A stretch of 35,792 bases of DNA from a virus (Duplodnaviria > Caudoviricetes), in the IMG/VR virus record IMGVR_UViG_3300031784_002453, positions 1-35,792 of that record, one strand, 5' to 3'. The notes under the pieces are model-generated. The model was not told the DNA's origin and searched no databases. It saw only the letters and a program-made list of their open reading frames with translations. How positions within the stretch are numbered: position 1 is the first letter of the stretch; every line of letters begins with the position of its first letter. A program made the translations under genes and the position numbers. Positions 27,501 through 34,929 of the stretch are shown here, one piece after another.

Positions 27501-27689
27501 TGATTTATTATGAAATACATCACCTGCGATAACTAGAATTGCACCAAGTGTCTTGGCTTTATCTAACGCAACATAAAAACGTTCGAATACGGATGTATAT
27601 TCATCGTGTCTCTTAGTGAGACGAATATGAATATCCGCAATATGCATTACGCAGTTGATCTTTTGGTCTGTATTTTTTAATACAATCAT
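24504..27689 (-). CDS. Fused recombination nuclease gp47-gp46 (Mre11/SbcD + Rad50/SbcC), 1061 aa
   Basis: Phosphoesterase motifs HIADIH, AGDVFH, GNHD, FHG, LGDIHK and YAGS; then Walker A APNASGKSS, coiled coil with CTYC hook, signature ASGME, Walker B ICIDEGFG and H-loop VISH, all in one ORF. Confidence 0.93.
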   Translation of the reverse strand: MIVLKNTDQKINCVMHIADIHIRLTKRHDEYTSVFERFYVALDKAKTLGAILVIAGDVFHNKSDLSPECVKIGSDFLKNCADRVPVILTAGNHDATLANKSRLDCLTPIVDSLNHSNLYYLKNTEVYRFENILFNNFSVFDDPDKYIRYEDIPSKYRVETDHHIALFHGPVNNAVTDVGYTVSNRAITNELFDGHHIAMLGDIHKHQILQEFDDNENKPIIVYAGSMIQQNHGEELKGHGFLMWDLKRKIYKHYELKNDYGFYTIEINKGKLITDISDIPKKVRIRTLCCESIPSQVKEIINEVKNKCDIIETTFNRIDEPTTDLTLKSGQIFDIHNIFDVDYQNKLIEENLLSKNVSADLVYKVKELNKTINLEIPKDKAPKNIRWKPKVFEFDNMFSYGEGNVIDFTKLKGTIGLFAPNASGKSSIMDALAFCVFDKFSKGYKAVHVLNTQKMSFRCKFNFEVNGVDYFIERDGKADKKGNVKVDVKFYKIENGEEVPLNGEARRSTNDIIRDYVGTYEDFILTVLSIQNSKSGSFIDLGQTERKDLLCQFMGLTVFDQLYTIANDKFKETNTLLKNISKDQLIEELQNVSGSIDSNNIKISECNDKIKEYETSKETHNNKLLELSNDIVKTASFDFDITVLEEEKVNLDNSISSCQVDIGLKKTKFAEIELQLSNLSSSLKACENIDDEYEQYKSCKDEEVKKSSEIDKLKVVVKNKIDKLKKLEDHKYDPNCTYCVNNVFVKDAIKTKEEIESDKNKGKVLVDEYNSIKKKLESFGDIDLRYKECQRVNSEKVKLEKSREVLSTAILRDENVLITRQNKLKTVVDNIDIFYKNKDIIENNSKLLKEINEVKNIIKSIETDIKNINSRLFSASTEKGKLELQYKNTTDQLNKVKELEDSYEAYKLYTNIISRDGIPYEIITKTLPEIEKEVNNILQQIVEFTITLQTDGKNIMTNIVYDDKRWPLEMASGMEKFVSGLAIRVALINISNLPRPNIICIDEGFGCADSDHLGQMGALFSYLKHQFDFIWVISHLDQMRDMVDEQIEIKKDNGFSKVVYK

Positions 27690-28603
27690 AATTTATTTGT
27701 TAATTTATATCTATACAATAGACTTTCATCTATTCTAACACTACTGTTGATGGTTTGCCAAGTTTTTTCGTGACCAATTTCATTTGGATCTTTTCCATCC
27801 AATAAAATCAACCGAGCTTCTATATTGTTGGAAAGTAAAAAGTCACAGATTTTCAAACTAGAATCTAAAGCATCATTGTCCAAAAGTACATTAACATATG
27901 GTGGTCTGTAATCGATCAACTTCATTTTTAATTTCTTGGACATGGTTTTGCCAAACAAAGGCACTACGTTATATTTTACAGAAAGTGCGTCGAATGGACC
28001 TTCTACAATAGTGATGGGTTTAGTAAAATCTGTAAATAACTCAAATCCTATTATATCTTTGCTGCCGTCACACAGTCTATATTTTAACTTACTATTGTAA
28101 ATATCTCTACCACAATAAAAGTTTAGATTTCCATCTTCATCATAAGAGGGAATGATTACTCTGTTAACAAATGAACCTGATGCACAGTAACCAATGTTAT
28201 ATCTGACGATTTCATGTACAGTTAAATTGCGTTTAAGACAATAATTTAAAGCATGTTTATATATAATGTCATTAGTAGACTTACAAAGTGGTTTAAACTC
28301 TTCCGGCAAAATTAATGTTTTCTTTTCTTCTGTTACTTCATAATTTATTTTGATTTTATTCTTGCACAAGATCTGATAATAATCAGATGTGGCTTTTAAT
28401 TTCTTAAGTAACGAAGAAAAACTTTTTCCACTAAATCCACATACCCAACACTGATAATATCCTGTTGTAGTATTAATGTTTAGCTTTCGCTTGTGGTGTT
28501 TACAGCTAGGACAAAACACAAGTATTTCAGCTCCACCTTTTTGAACATGTGGTTTTTGCTTAAACAACTTTGAGAGTGTTTCTATGACTGAACTGTTAAT
28601 CAT
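27686..28603 (-). CDS. DNA primase (DnaG/gp61-like), 305 aa
   Basis: Zn-binding CPSC...CWVC, YNIGYC, RVIIPSYD...FYCGR, TOPRIM IVEGPFDA, LLDND and DPNE. Confidence 0.9.
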   Translation of the reverse strand: MINSSVIETLSKLFKQKPHVQKGGAEILVFCPSCKHHKRKLNINTTTGYYQCWVCGFSGKSFSSLLKKLKATSDYYQILCKNKIKINYEVTEEKKTLILPEEFKPLCKSTNDIIYKHALNYCLKRNLTVHEIVRYNIGYCASGSFVNRVIIPSYDEDGNLNFYCGRDIYNSKLKYRLCDGSKDIIGFELFTDFTKPITIVEGPFDALSVKYNVVPLFGKTMSKKLKMKLIDYRPPYVNVLLDNDALDSSLKICDFLLSNNIEARLILLDGKDPNEIGHEKTWQTINSSVRIDESLLYRYKLTNKL

Positions 28604-28611
28604 TTACAGCC

Positions 28612-28640
28612 AGTATAACGAGTAATTTAAATTAAGTCAA
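28612..28640 (-). promoter_or_regulatory. Sigma70-type promoter TTGACT-17-TATACT
   Basis: -35 at 28640-28635, 17-nt spacer, -10 at 28617-28612, 8 nt before the primase ATG. Confidence 0.75.
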
Positions 28641-28645
28641 TCGAT

Positions 28646-29155
28646 TTAATTTTTATATAAACCTGCTACAACAGCATCGTACATATCGCCATTACGTTCA
28701 TCCCAATTACCTTTTTTATTTTGTACGGTAAATTTAACAACATCTGGAACTAGTGATTCCAATTCTTGTTTTACAAAATCTTTGGATTTTATTCCTTTAA
28801 TTCTACACTTACCAAACAGTTGTTTTCTCATAGTATTAACTGATAACAAATTAACTTTCTTTTTAAAATGTTCTTCTATAATATATGCAAAAACAGCATT
28901 GTGTCTAGCCAATGTAATAATAACTTGTTGACTAGTAAATCCCCCAGCAAAACCACTAAGAGCTGCTTCTAAATTAATCTGATCAAATTTCTCTATTTCT
29001 TTTATCTTTTCTAGAACAGATATAACGTGAAACGTTTTTTCTTTAGTTGTTTCTAATTTTTTGGTATCTACGAAACCAGCAGAAAGAATCTTTCCATTTT
29101 CACAGAAAGACCAACCAGTTGTAGATGTCGATGAATCTAATCCTAATATAACCAT
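28646..29155 (-). CDS. RuvC-like Holliday junction resolvase, 169 aa
   Basis: ILGLDSSTSTTGW, central LE and C-terminal DMYDAVV give the RNase H-fold D-E-D-D pattern. Confidence 0.8.
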   Translation of the reverse strand: MVILGLDSSTSTTGWSFCENGKILSAGFVDTKKLETTKEKTFHVISVLEKIKEIEKFDQINLEAALSGFAGGFTSQQVIITLARHNAVFAYIIEEHFKKKVNLLSVNTMRKQLFGKCRIKGIKSKDFVKQELESLVPDVVKFTVQNKKGNWDERNGDMYDAVVAGLYKN

Positions 29156-29167
29156 TTAGAATATATA

Positions 29168-29647
29168 TTAACGGCGGAATGAACCGTTAGTATATTTGTT
29201 ACTATTAAAACCTTTAACGAATCGTGAAAGTTCTAAAGATCTCTGATCTCCTACATCTTTAAATTGAGTGGCACCGAATGAAGCATTCAATCTAAAACCT
29301 GGATCTTTAGTATATAATGCATCTTGAAGTGATGATTGACCATTCCAATTTGTAGAAATTTTATTAACTCCGGTAGTCAAAACTGGACCATTAGATGTAT
29401 TATCACTATATTTTAAATACTTATCGTTAAAATTTTCTTTTGGCTTATTTGGATATGGTCCAGCTACTTGGAATCCTGGATTAATCGTTGACAATGTAGA
29501 TTGTATACTGCCATTTCCAGCGTCTAACATCGTATTGCCCGTCGATCTATATGCGTCAAATGCTCCCCCCGCTTTTTGTCCAGAGAGATATCTGCCAACC
29601 AATCCCGTTTTTAGGGATTCACGATTAATTTTTGTATCTAGTGCCAT
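29168..29647 (-). CDS. Hypothetical protein, 159 aa
   Basis: Fills the gap; late-type motif upstream. Confidence 0.75.
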   Translation of the reverse strand: MALDTKINRESLKTGLVGRYLSGQKAGGAFDAYRSTGNTMLDAGNGSIQSTLSTINPGFQVAGPYPNKPKENFNDKYLKYSDNTSNGPVLTTGVNKISTNWNGQSSLQDALYTKDPGFRLNASFGATQFKDVGDQRSLELSRFVKGFNSNKYTNGSFRR

Positions 29648-29662
29648 ACGAGTCTATTTTAT

Positions 29663-29670
29663 AATAAATA
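29663..29670 (-). promoter_or_regulatory. Putative late promoter TATTTATT
   Basis: 15 nt upstream of the ATG at 29647. Confidence 0.45.
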
Positions 29671-29673
29671 TAA

Positions 29674-32331
29674 TTAAGTGTCCCATTTAACTACAATATT
29701 AATAGGAATTTCTCCAGTATTTTTAATTGGTTGTGCTAATTTAGCTATAGCTACCAATTCAGCTCCACTATATAATCCAACTGTTGTAATATATGGGGCT
29801 AAATATGATCCAGTTGGATCCAACGAACTACTGTAGTTATAACCAAAAAAGTCTTGTTTGATTAATTTTTTATTGGTTTTACCAGTTTTCTGATTTAAAA
29901 ACGAAATGATGTCATCATACTTATTACGACGGGCTCTTGGATTTAGATAACTTTGATAATTGTTTATAGTCAAGTCTTGGACAAAGTACTTCCAAATTAA
30001 TGTGCCATCTTGATAATTAGCTGTTCCATCGTTATTAACATCAAAATTTAAAACACTACACTTCGACTTAAGTTCATTTGTTAATCTATTCGATGTATAA
30101 TTGGTATAAGAAGATGAATAGAAATTAAATATAGATTCTTCAATATCACCCGAAACAAAATTATTCCACCATTGTTCAGAGTGGTTAACAGTAATTCTTG
30201 TATTAATATATCTTAATATTATATCTAAATTGTTAAAATCAAATGTATCTGTATTAATAACCCCGTAATCAAATAGTGATGATGTAACTGCGGATGGATT
30301 AGTAGATACATTAAATTCACCAGGCTCCACGGTACATATATATTGTTTTTCGTGTAAAGTTATTTGGCTTTGGTACTTCATGTACAAGTACGTATTATTT
30401 GGATCGGTAGGATCCAATGTCAAATTATTCAATACACTGCCCGTGTTATTTATGATCAATTTATTGGTGTTATAGAATACATTTCCAACTTTGAAATTAG
30501 TCTGTAAATCAGACATGTTATAAATGTATGATTTTCCAAATATCTTGTTAGATGCGTATTCATACTCACCTTGTTCATCCACAAATACTATCAAATTGTC
30601 GCATGCGCCTGAAAATGCTCCTGAAAGTGGCGAACCATCACAACTTAAACAATCTTCCATTTGTAAGTAAACAAAACTAGAAGTTATTGAACAATCGTCA
30701 CTTTGATATGATGATGTATAACGATATATTGGATCAAATGCACTTCCGGACTCAGTTATTAATGGTGCCGATAAATAAAAATCATCATTTAATGGAATAG
30801 GAGCACCTACTACTAAGTTTTCATCTGAAAGAGATACAGAATAGCCATATGCAGTAAATGGTTTACCCACTTCTTTTCTTTTTGAAATTGGATCGGTAGT
30901 CATCTGATAAATTACAGATGAGCTAAATATTTTTCCATCTACAATAGATTCAGTTATTTTGTAAAGTAAACTTTGTCCACAATATGTTGATTCTCCAAAG
31001 TCATACTGATTAAATGTTTTGTCATAATAATCAATAGAATTTGAAATAAATAACGAACTAAATGGGAAATATGGTTTAGGAGAACCTATTAATACTTTCT
31101 TGTTGAAAACAGATACAGAGTATCCAAATAAATTGTCTTTAAATGTTACTTCGTCTCCGTACAATTTAGTTATTAATCGAAATCCACAATTAATATCTTT
31201 TGGACACTGTTCGTTATTATAAATATATACAGATCCACGTTGTCTTAAAACGTTTGATCCTGAATATTCCCAGTATACTAAATCATTTGGAGCACCAACT
31301 GCCAAAATAGTATCATATAGTGAAACCGCATATCCATATCGCGTATTGTTTTGACTTCCACTTGGAATTAATTCGAAATTTGTATTTTGTATCGTATAAT
31401 ATTGTGAACTTGTATTTTGAGATAATACTTGACTTAATTTCCAATTATTTGAAGATCCCGAATTAAAAAATAAATAGACATTAGATTGAGATAATTGATT
31501 GCTTCCAACTACTAATGTGTTTTCATTTTTTTTGTCCAAAGAAATTGAATATCCGAATCCATATTGATTTGGATAGTTAACAGTGCTACAGCTTAATATT
31601 GTTTGAAAAGAATAAGTACAATCAGCATCTGTGTATTTGTATATATAAACAGCTCCTCGGCCATTATTATATCCAGGCGATCCGACTGCTAAGTAGTTAT
31701 TGGTAATTGACACCGATGTCCCAAACTTATCGGAAATAGATCCCGTAATACTACAAAAAGGAATATCACTTATGTTATACTGATCGACACTTATCGAATT
31801 TTGATCTGAAGATGGAACGATCCCATTTATTGGATCGAATACATAATTTGGATTTATCTTGAATACGTCTACACACGCAAAATTATTTGAATTTCCCAAG
31901 TAAAAACTAGATGAAATTCCTGTATCGCCTACTGCTAAAAAGTATGTGGATAAATCAACTGCAGATCCATAATTTGACTGATTAACTTTTATATTGTCCG
32001 TTTCAACAACTATAAAATTACAATTTGAAAGAGCGTCATTCTTAGATCCACTTTCGATTATAAAAGAAGCGGTTAATGCAGCGCTAGAACTTTGTTCGGT
32101 ATAATAAGGAACTAACGTTCCATTTTCAGGATAAATTCTTTTTTTAAGTATCTTAGAAACAGAATAATTTGATTTAAAGTTATCTTTTTTAATCAAAAAA
32201 ACTTGACCCACTCTACTAAAACCTTCGCACGATGTGTATGTACTTGATGGGGGATTTCCTATAGCAACAAGATCTCCGTTGGTAACTACCACACTTCCGT
32301 AATTTTGGTTATATATATTTTCCAAATTCAT
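29674..32331 (-). CDS. Virion tail/baseplate protein with FG-GAP beta-propeller repeats and a dockerin/EF-hand-like motif, 885 aa
   Basis: Seven (F/Y)G-x-(S/A/V)-(V/I)...(V/I)G(A/S/N/D)(P) repeats; DVNNDGTANYQD; C-terminal PYITTVGLY...ELVAIAKLAQP shared with the 369-aa neighbour. Confidence 0.75.
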   Translation of the reverse strand: MNLENIYNQNYGSVVVTNGDLVAIGNPPSSTYTSCEGFSRVGQVFLIKKDNFKSNYSVSKILKKRIYPENGTLVPYYTEQSSSAALTASFIIESGSKNDALSNCNFIVVETDNIKVNQSNYGSAVDLSTYFLAVGDTGISSSFYLGNSNNFACVDVFKINPNYVFDPINGIVPSSDQNSISVDQYNISDIPFCSITGSISDKFGTSVSITNNYLAVGSPGYNNGRGAVYIYKYTDADCTYSFQTILSCSTVNYPNQYGFGYSISLDKKNENTLVVGSNQLSQSNVYLFFNSGSSNNWKLSQVLSQNTSSQYYTIQNTNFELIPSGSQNNTRYGYAVSLYDTILAVGAPNDLVYWEYSGSNVLRQRGSVYIYNNEQCPKDINCGFRLITKLYGDEVTFKDNLFGYSVSVFNKKVLIGSPKPYFPFSSLFISNSIDYYDKTFNQYDFGESTYCGQSLLYKITESIVDGKIFSSSVIYQMTTDPISKRKEVGKPFTAYGYSVSLSDENLVVGAPIPLNDDFYLSAPLITESGSAFDPIYRYTSSYQSDDCSITSSFVYLQMEDCLSCDGSPLSGAFSGACDNLIVFVDEQGEYEYASNKIFGKSYIYNMSDLQTNFKVGNVFYNTNKLIINNTGSVLNNLTLDPTDPNNTYLYMKYQSQITLHEKQYICTVEPGEFNVSTNPSAVTSSLFDYGVINTDTFDFNNLDIILRYINTRITVNHSEQWWNNFVSGDIEESIFNFYSSSYTNYTSNRLTNELKSKCSVLNFDVNNDGTANYQDGTLIWKYFVQDLTINNYQSYLNPRARRNKYDDIISFLNQKTGKTNKKLIKQDFFGYNYSSSLDPTGSYLAPYITTVGLYSGAELVAIAKLAQPIKNTGEIPINIVVKWDT

Positions 32332-32342
32332 ATTTTATATAC

Positions 32343-33089
32343 TTATGTAGAAATCGAACCATAATACAAATATTGTCCTAAACCTGTAATTCCATAGTTA
32401 ACTACGCTTTGTGTATTATTAGTATATACTTCGAAATCGTTGATAAAATAGGATCCAGATAAATATAAATTATTTAATCCGTCATCTAAAATATCAGCTA
32501 CTATATCACCAGTTTGGTTGTTTATTATTACACTTAATGGTCCGATTTTATCTCCGCTCTGAGTTACGTTTAATGTATAACTTACAAATTTGTCATCCAA
32601 ATTCAATTCAGCTCTAGATGTATCATAACCATCAAATCCAAAAATGTTATATGCATTATTGTAATTATTATAATACATTTTTTTGATAGTATTATAAACT
32701 TGACCTTGATAAGTTCCGTCTAAATTAGTTGGATTGTCTTGTGCATTATAAAATTGACTTCCAACTGGATAAAAAACCGAGCTAGATGGGATTTTTATTC
32801 CCAATTGAAATTGTGGATTATTCGGATCATTTATTGGTGAACAAGCTAAAAATCCATTATCATTTACAATCGATCCATCGCAATTTTGATTGTTATTGAC
32901 GGTAGCAAATGATCCTGTAGATAATGAGTTAAAATTATAGTCACAATCTTCCAAAGGAATAATCAAAGGAAAATTATACGTTCCATCACTTGCCAATAAC
33001 AAATCTGAAAAGATGTTATTAGCAACTTTCGATTTTGCCACTGCGAACGTAGTGATTTGTATGTCTTGATTTTTGAGAAACTTAATCAT
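32343..33089 (-). CDS. Hypothetical virion structural protein, 248 aa
   Basis: Asn/Ser/Thr/Gly-rich; GDKIGPLSV...ILDDGLNNLY resembles QDQIDPGQI...YIDDS in the 369-aa neighbour. Confidence 0.7.
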   Translation of the reverse strand: MIKFLKNQDIQITTFAVAKSKVANNIFSDLLLASDGTYNFPLIIPLEDCDYNFNSLSTGSFATVNNNQNCDGSIVNDNGFLACSPINDPNNPQFQLGIKIPSSSVFYPVGSQFYNAQDNPTNLDGTYQGQVYNTIKKMYYNNYNNAYNIFGFDGYDTSRAELNLDDKFVSYTLNVTQSGDKIGPLSVIINNQTGDIVADILDDGLNNLYLSGSYFINDFEVYTNNTQSVVNYGITGLGQYLYYGSIST

Positions 33090-33094
33090 CCCAA

Positions 33095-33102
33095 TATAAA
33101 TA
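33095..33102 (-). promoter_or_regulatory. Putative late promoter TATTTATA
   Basis: 5 nt upstream of the ATG at 33089. Confidence 0.55.
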
Positions 33103-33124
33103 GGAAGATTTAAACTTATTTAGA

Positions 33125-34234
33125 TTAAAAATCAATACGACACTTAATTAACAATTCATTGTCAAAAGACTTTTGAGTTGGTCTGCTTAATTTGCCAACG
33201 GCTAATAATTCATTATTAGAATCATACAATCCAATCGTAGTAATATATGTACGGGGATTGCTAATCAACTCTGGATAAATAATGGTGCCTTTTGTTTGTC
33301 CGTCTGTACCATCAGATACAAATGTTGGATTGTTGCTATAATTAAATTCTTTATTTTTAACTCTAATAAAGTAGTTTGTAGAAGGTACAAATTCCGACTT
33401 ACGTACCGCCATATTTTTATTAGACATCTTAAGACTTAAGAAGAATTTACGTAACCAATTTCTCCAATAACTTTCCCAGTTTACTGAATATTGATTGGAT
33501 GTTCTAGCACTTGTTATTTCAGGTGGATTTCCTGTAATACCAACTTTTGCATCTAACTTTAGAGCGTTCAATACAACAATGCCATTTGTTGGATAAAATA
33601 ACCCTATACCTTCGTAAACAGCAGAAACAGTTCCGTTTTTAGTATATGGTGTAGGAACTCCGTTTATAATTGATCCTGAGATCATGTTATAAACATTTTG
33701 TTGAGTGTTAACAACTTGTGAATCATCAATATATGAAAATTGACCAAGTGCTCCACTAAAATTCAATTGAATTTGACCCGGATCGATTTGATCTTGGAAC
33801 TTATCAGCTACGTAATTTAATACGAAAATGGCTGAACTATCTGTTGGCGAATCGACACTACCAGATGCAAAACTGAAGAATGTATCGCCTGGTTGTAACA
33901 ATGTGTTTTTATATTGACTATAAATTATTTTTGTTTCGTTAGTGTAGACTTTTGCTGTAGATTGACCTGTCCAGTCAAAATAGCTACTGCCTGAATTATA
34001 ATAATCTCCATAAGCAACTGCAAAATATTGGTCTCCTCCACTGTATATATCAATATAATATTGTCCATTTCGTACATCGAACGGACTAGATCCTGTCATT
34101 ACGTTTGCTTGTGCGGATGATGTTGTGAAAGATGATTGAGCTACTGTCAAACTACCAGTACCAAACATACCCGATGATACTTGGTTAATTCTTCCTGCTA
34201 CTATATCGTCTGGAGTAAATGGTGTGAATATCAT
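33125..34234 (-). CDS. Putative baseplate/tail structural protein, 369 aa
   Basis: EFNYSNNPTF and TYITTIGLYDSNNELLAVGKLSRP...RIDF; paralogous C-terminus to the 885-aa protein. Confidence 0.75.
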   Translation of the reverse strand: MIFTPFTPDDIVAGRINQVSSGMFGTGSLTVAQSSFTTSSAQANVMTGSSPFDVRNGQYYIDIYSGGDQYFAVAYGDYYNSGSSYFDWTGQSTAKVYTNETKIIYSQYKNTLLQPGDTFFSFASGSVDSPTDSSAIFVLNYVADKFQDQIDPGQIQLNFSGALGQFSYIDDSQVVNTQQNVYNMISGSIINGVPTPYTKNGTVSAVYEGIGLFYPTNGIVVLNALKLDAKVGITGNPPEITSARTSNQYSVNWESYWRNWLRKFFLSLKMSNKNMAVRKSEFVPSTNYFIRVKNKEFNYSNNPTFVSDGTDGQTKGTIIYPELISNPRTYITTIGLYDSNNELLAVGKLSRPTQKSFDNELLIKCRIDF

Positions 34235-34240
34235 ATATTA

Positions 34241-34882
34241 TTAAGTTGTGGTAGGAACACTGATAGTTACGTTGATTGCAGAACTTCCACCGCTTTCGTT
34301 TCCAATTATGGTGATGTTAGTTGTAGTTGTCTTAGACAATGAACTGTTTGGAATAAATCTAAACTTATTACCTATCACAACTTGAGAAGCTTGAGAAGCT
34401 AAATCTCCTGTAAATGATGGAATCGTTGCGGATGTAGAATTCAAACTATTGGTTTCAGTGACTACTAGTGTACCAACATTTTTATTTGCCAAAATTGCTG
34501 TGTATCCAAGAGTCACATTATAAACTGGAGTTGTATTTGGAATAATGTCAATTGCAGCTGTATAAGTACGTGGTACAGAAATTACCGGAGGTGCAATGGT
34601 TATTGTTGGCACTGATGTAACACCATCGTTTAAAGTAACCAATTTATACTTCATTGTTTGCGACTCATCTGTGATAGGTTCCATTATAGGAGTATTACGA
34701 ATAGCAATATCGTAGTAAGCACTACCCATTGGATGGTTTGGGTTAAATTGAGTATAATCTATTTCGTCATCAGCTAGAGCGAATGCTGTAATGTTCAGCC
34801 CACCTGTTTTTGCCAATACTTCACGACCTTTTTTGGTCAATATCGCGTTAACAGTGAGAACGTTATTATTAAGGTATGCCAT
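34241..34882 (-). CDS. Putative baseplate/tail structural protein, 213 aa
   Basis: AILTKKGREVLA...ITAFALADDEIDY N-terminus; Thr/Ser-rich beta-type C-terminus. Confidence 0.75.
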   Translation of the reverse strand: MAYLNNNVLTVNAILTKKGREVLAKTGGLNITAFALADDEIDYTQFNPNHPMGSAYYDIAIRNTPIMEPITDESQTMKYKLVTLNDGVTSVPTITIAPPVISVPRTYTAAIDIIPNTTPVYNVTLGYTAILANKNVGTLVVTETNSLNSTSATIPSFTGDLASQASQVVIGNKFRFIPNSSLSKTTTTNITIIGNESGGSSAINVTISVPTTT

Positions 34883-34888
34883 ATACTA

Positions 34889-34896
34889 AATAATTA
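34889..34896 (-). promoter_or_regulatory. Putative late promoter variant TAATTATT
   Basis: 6 nt upstream of the ATG at 34882. Confidence 0.35.
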
Positions 34897-34929
34897 TCAG
34901 TTGTTTTAGGTTTTTAATCAAAAATTATA

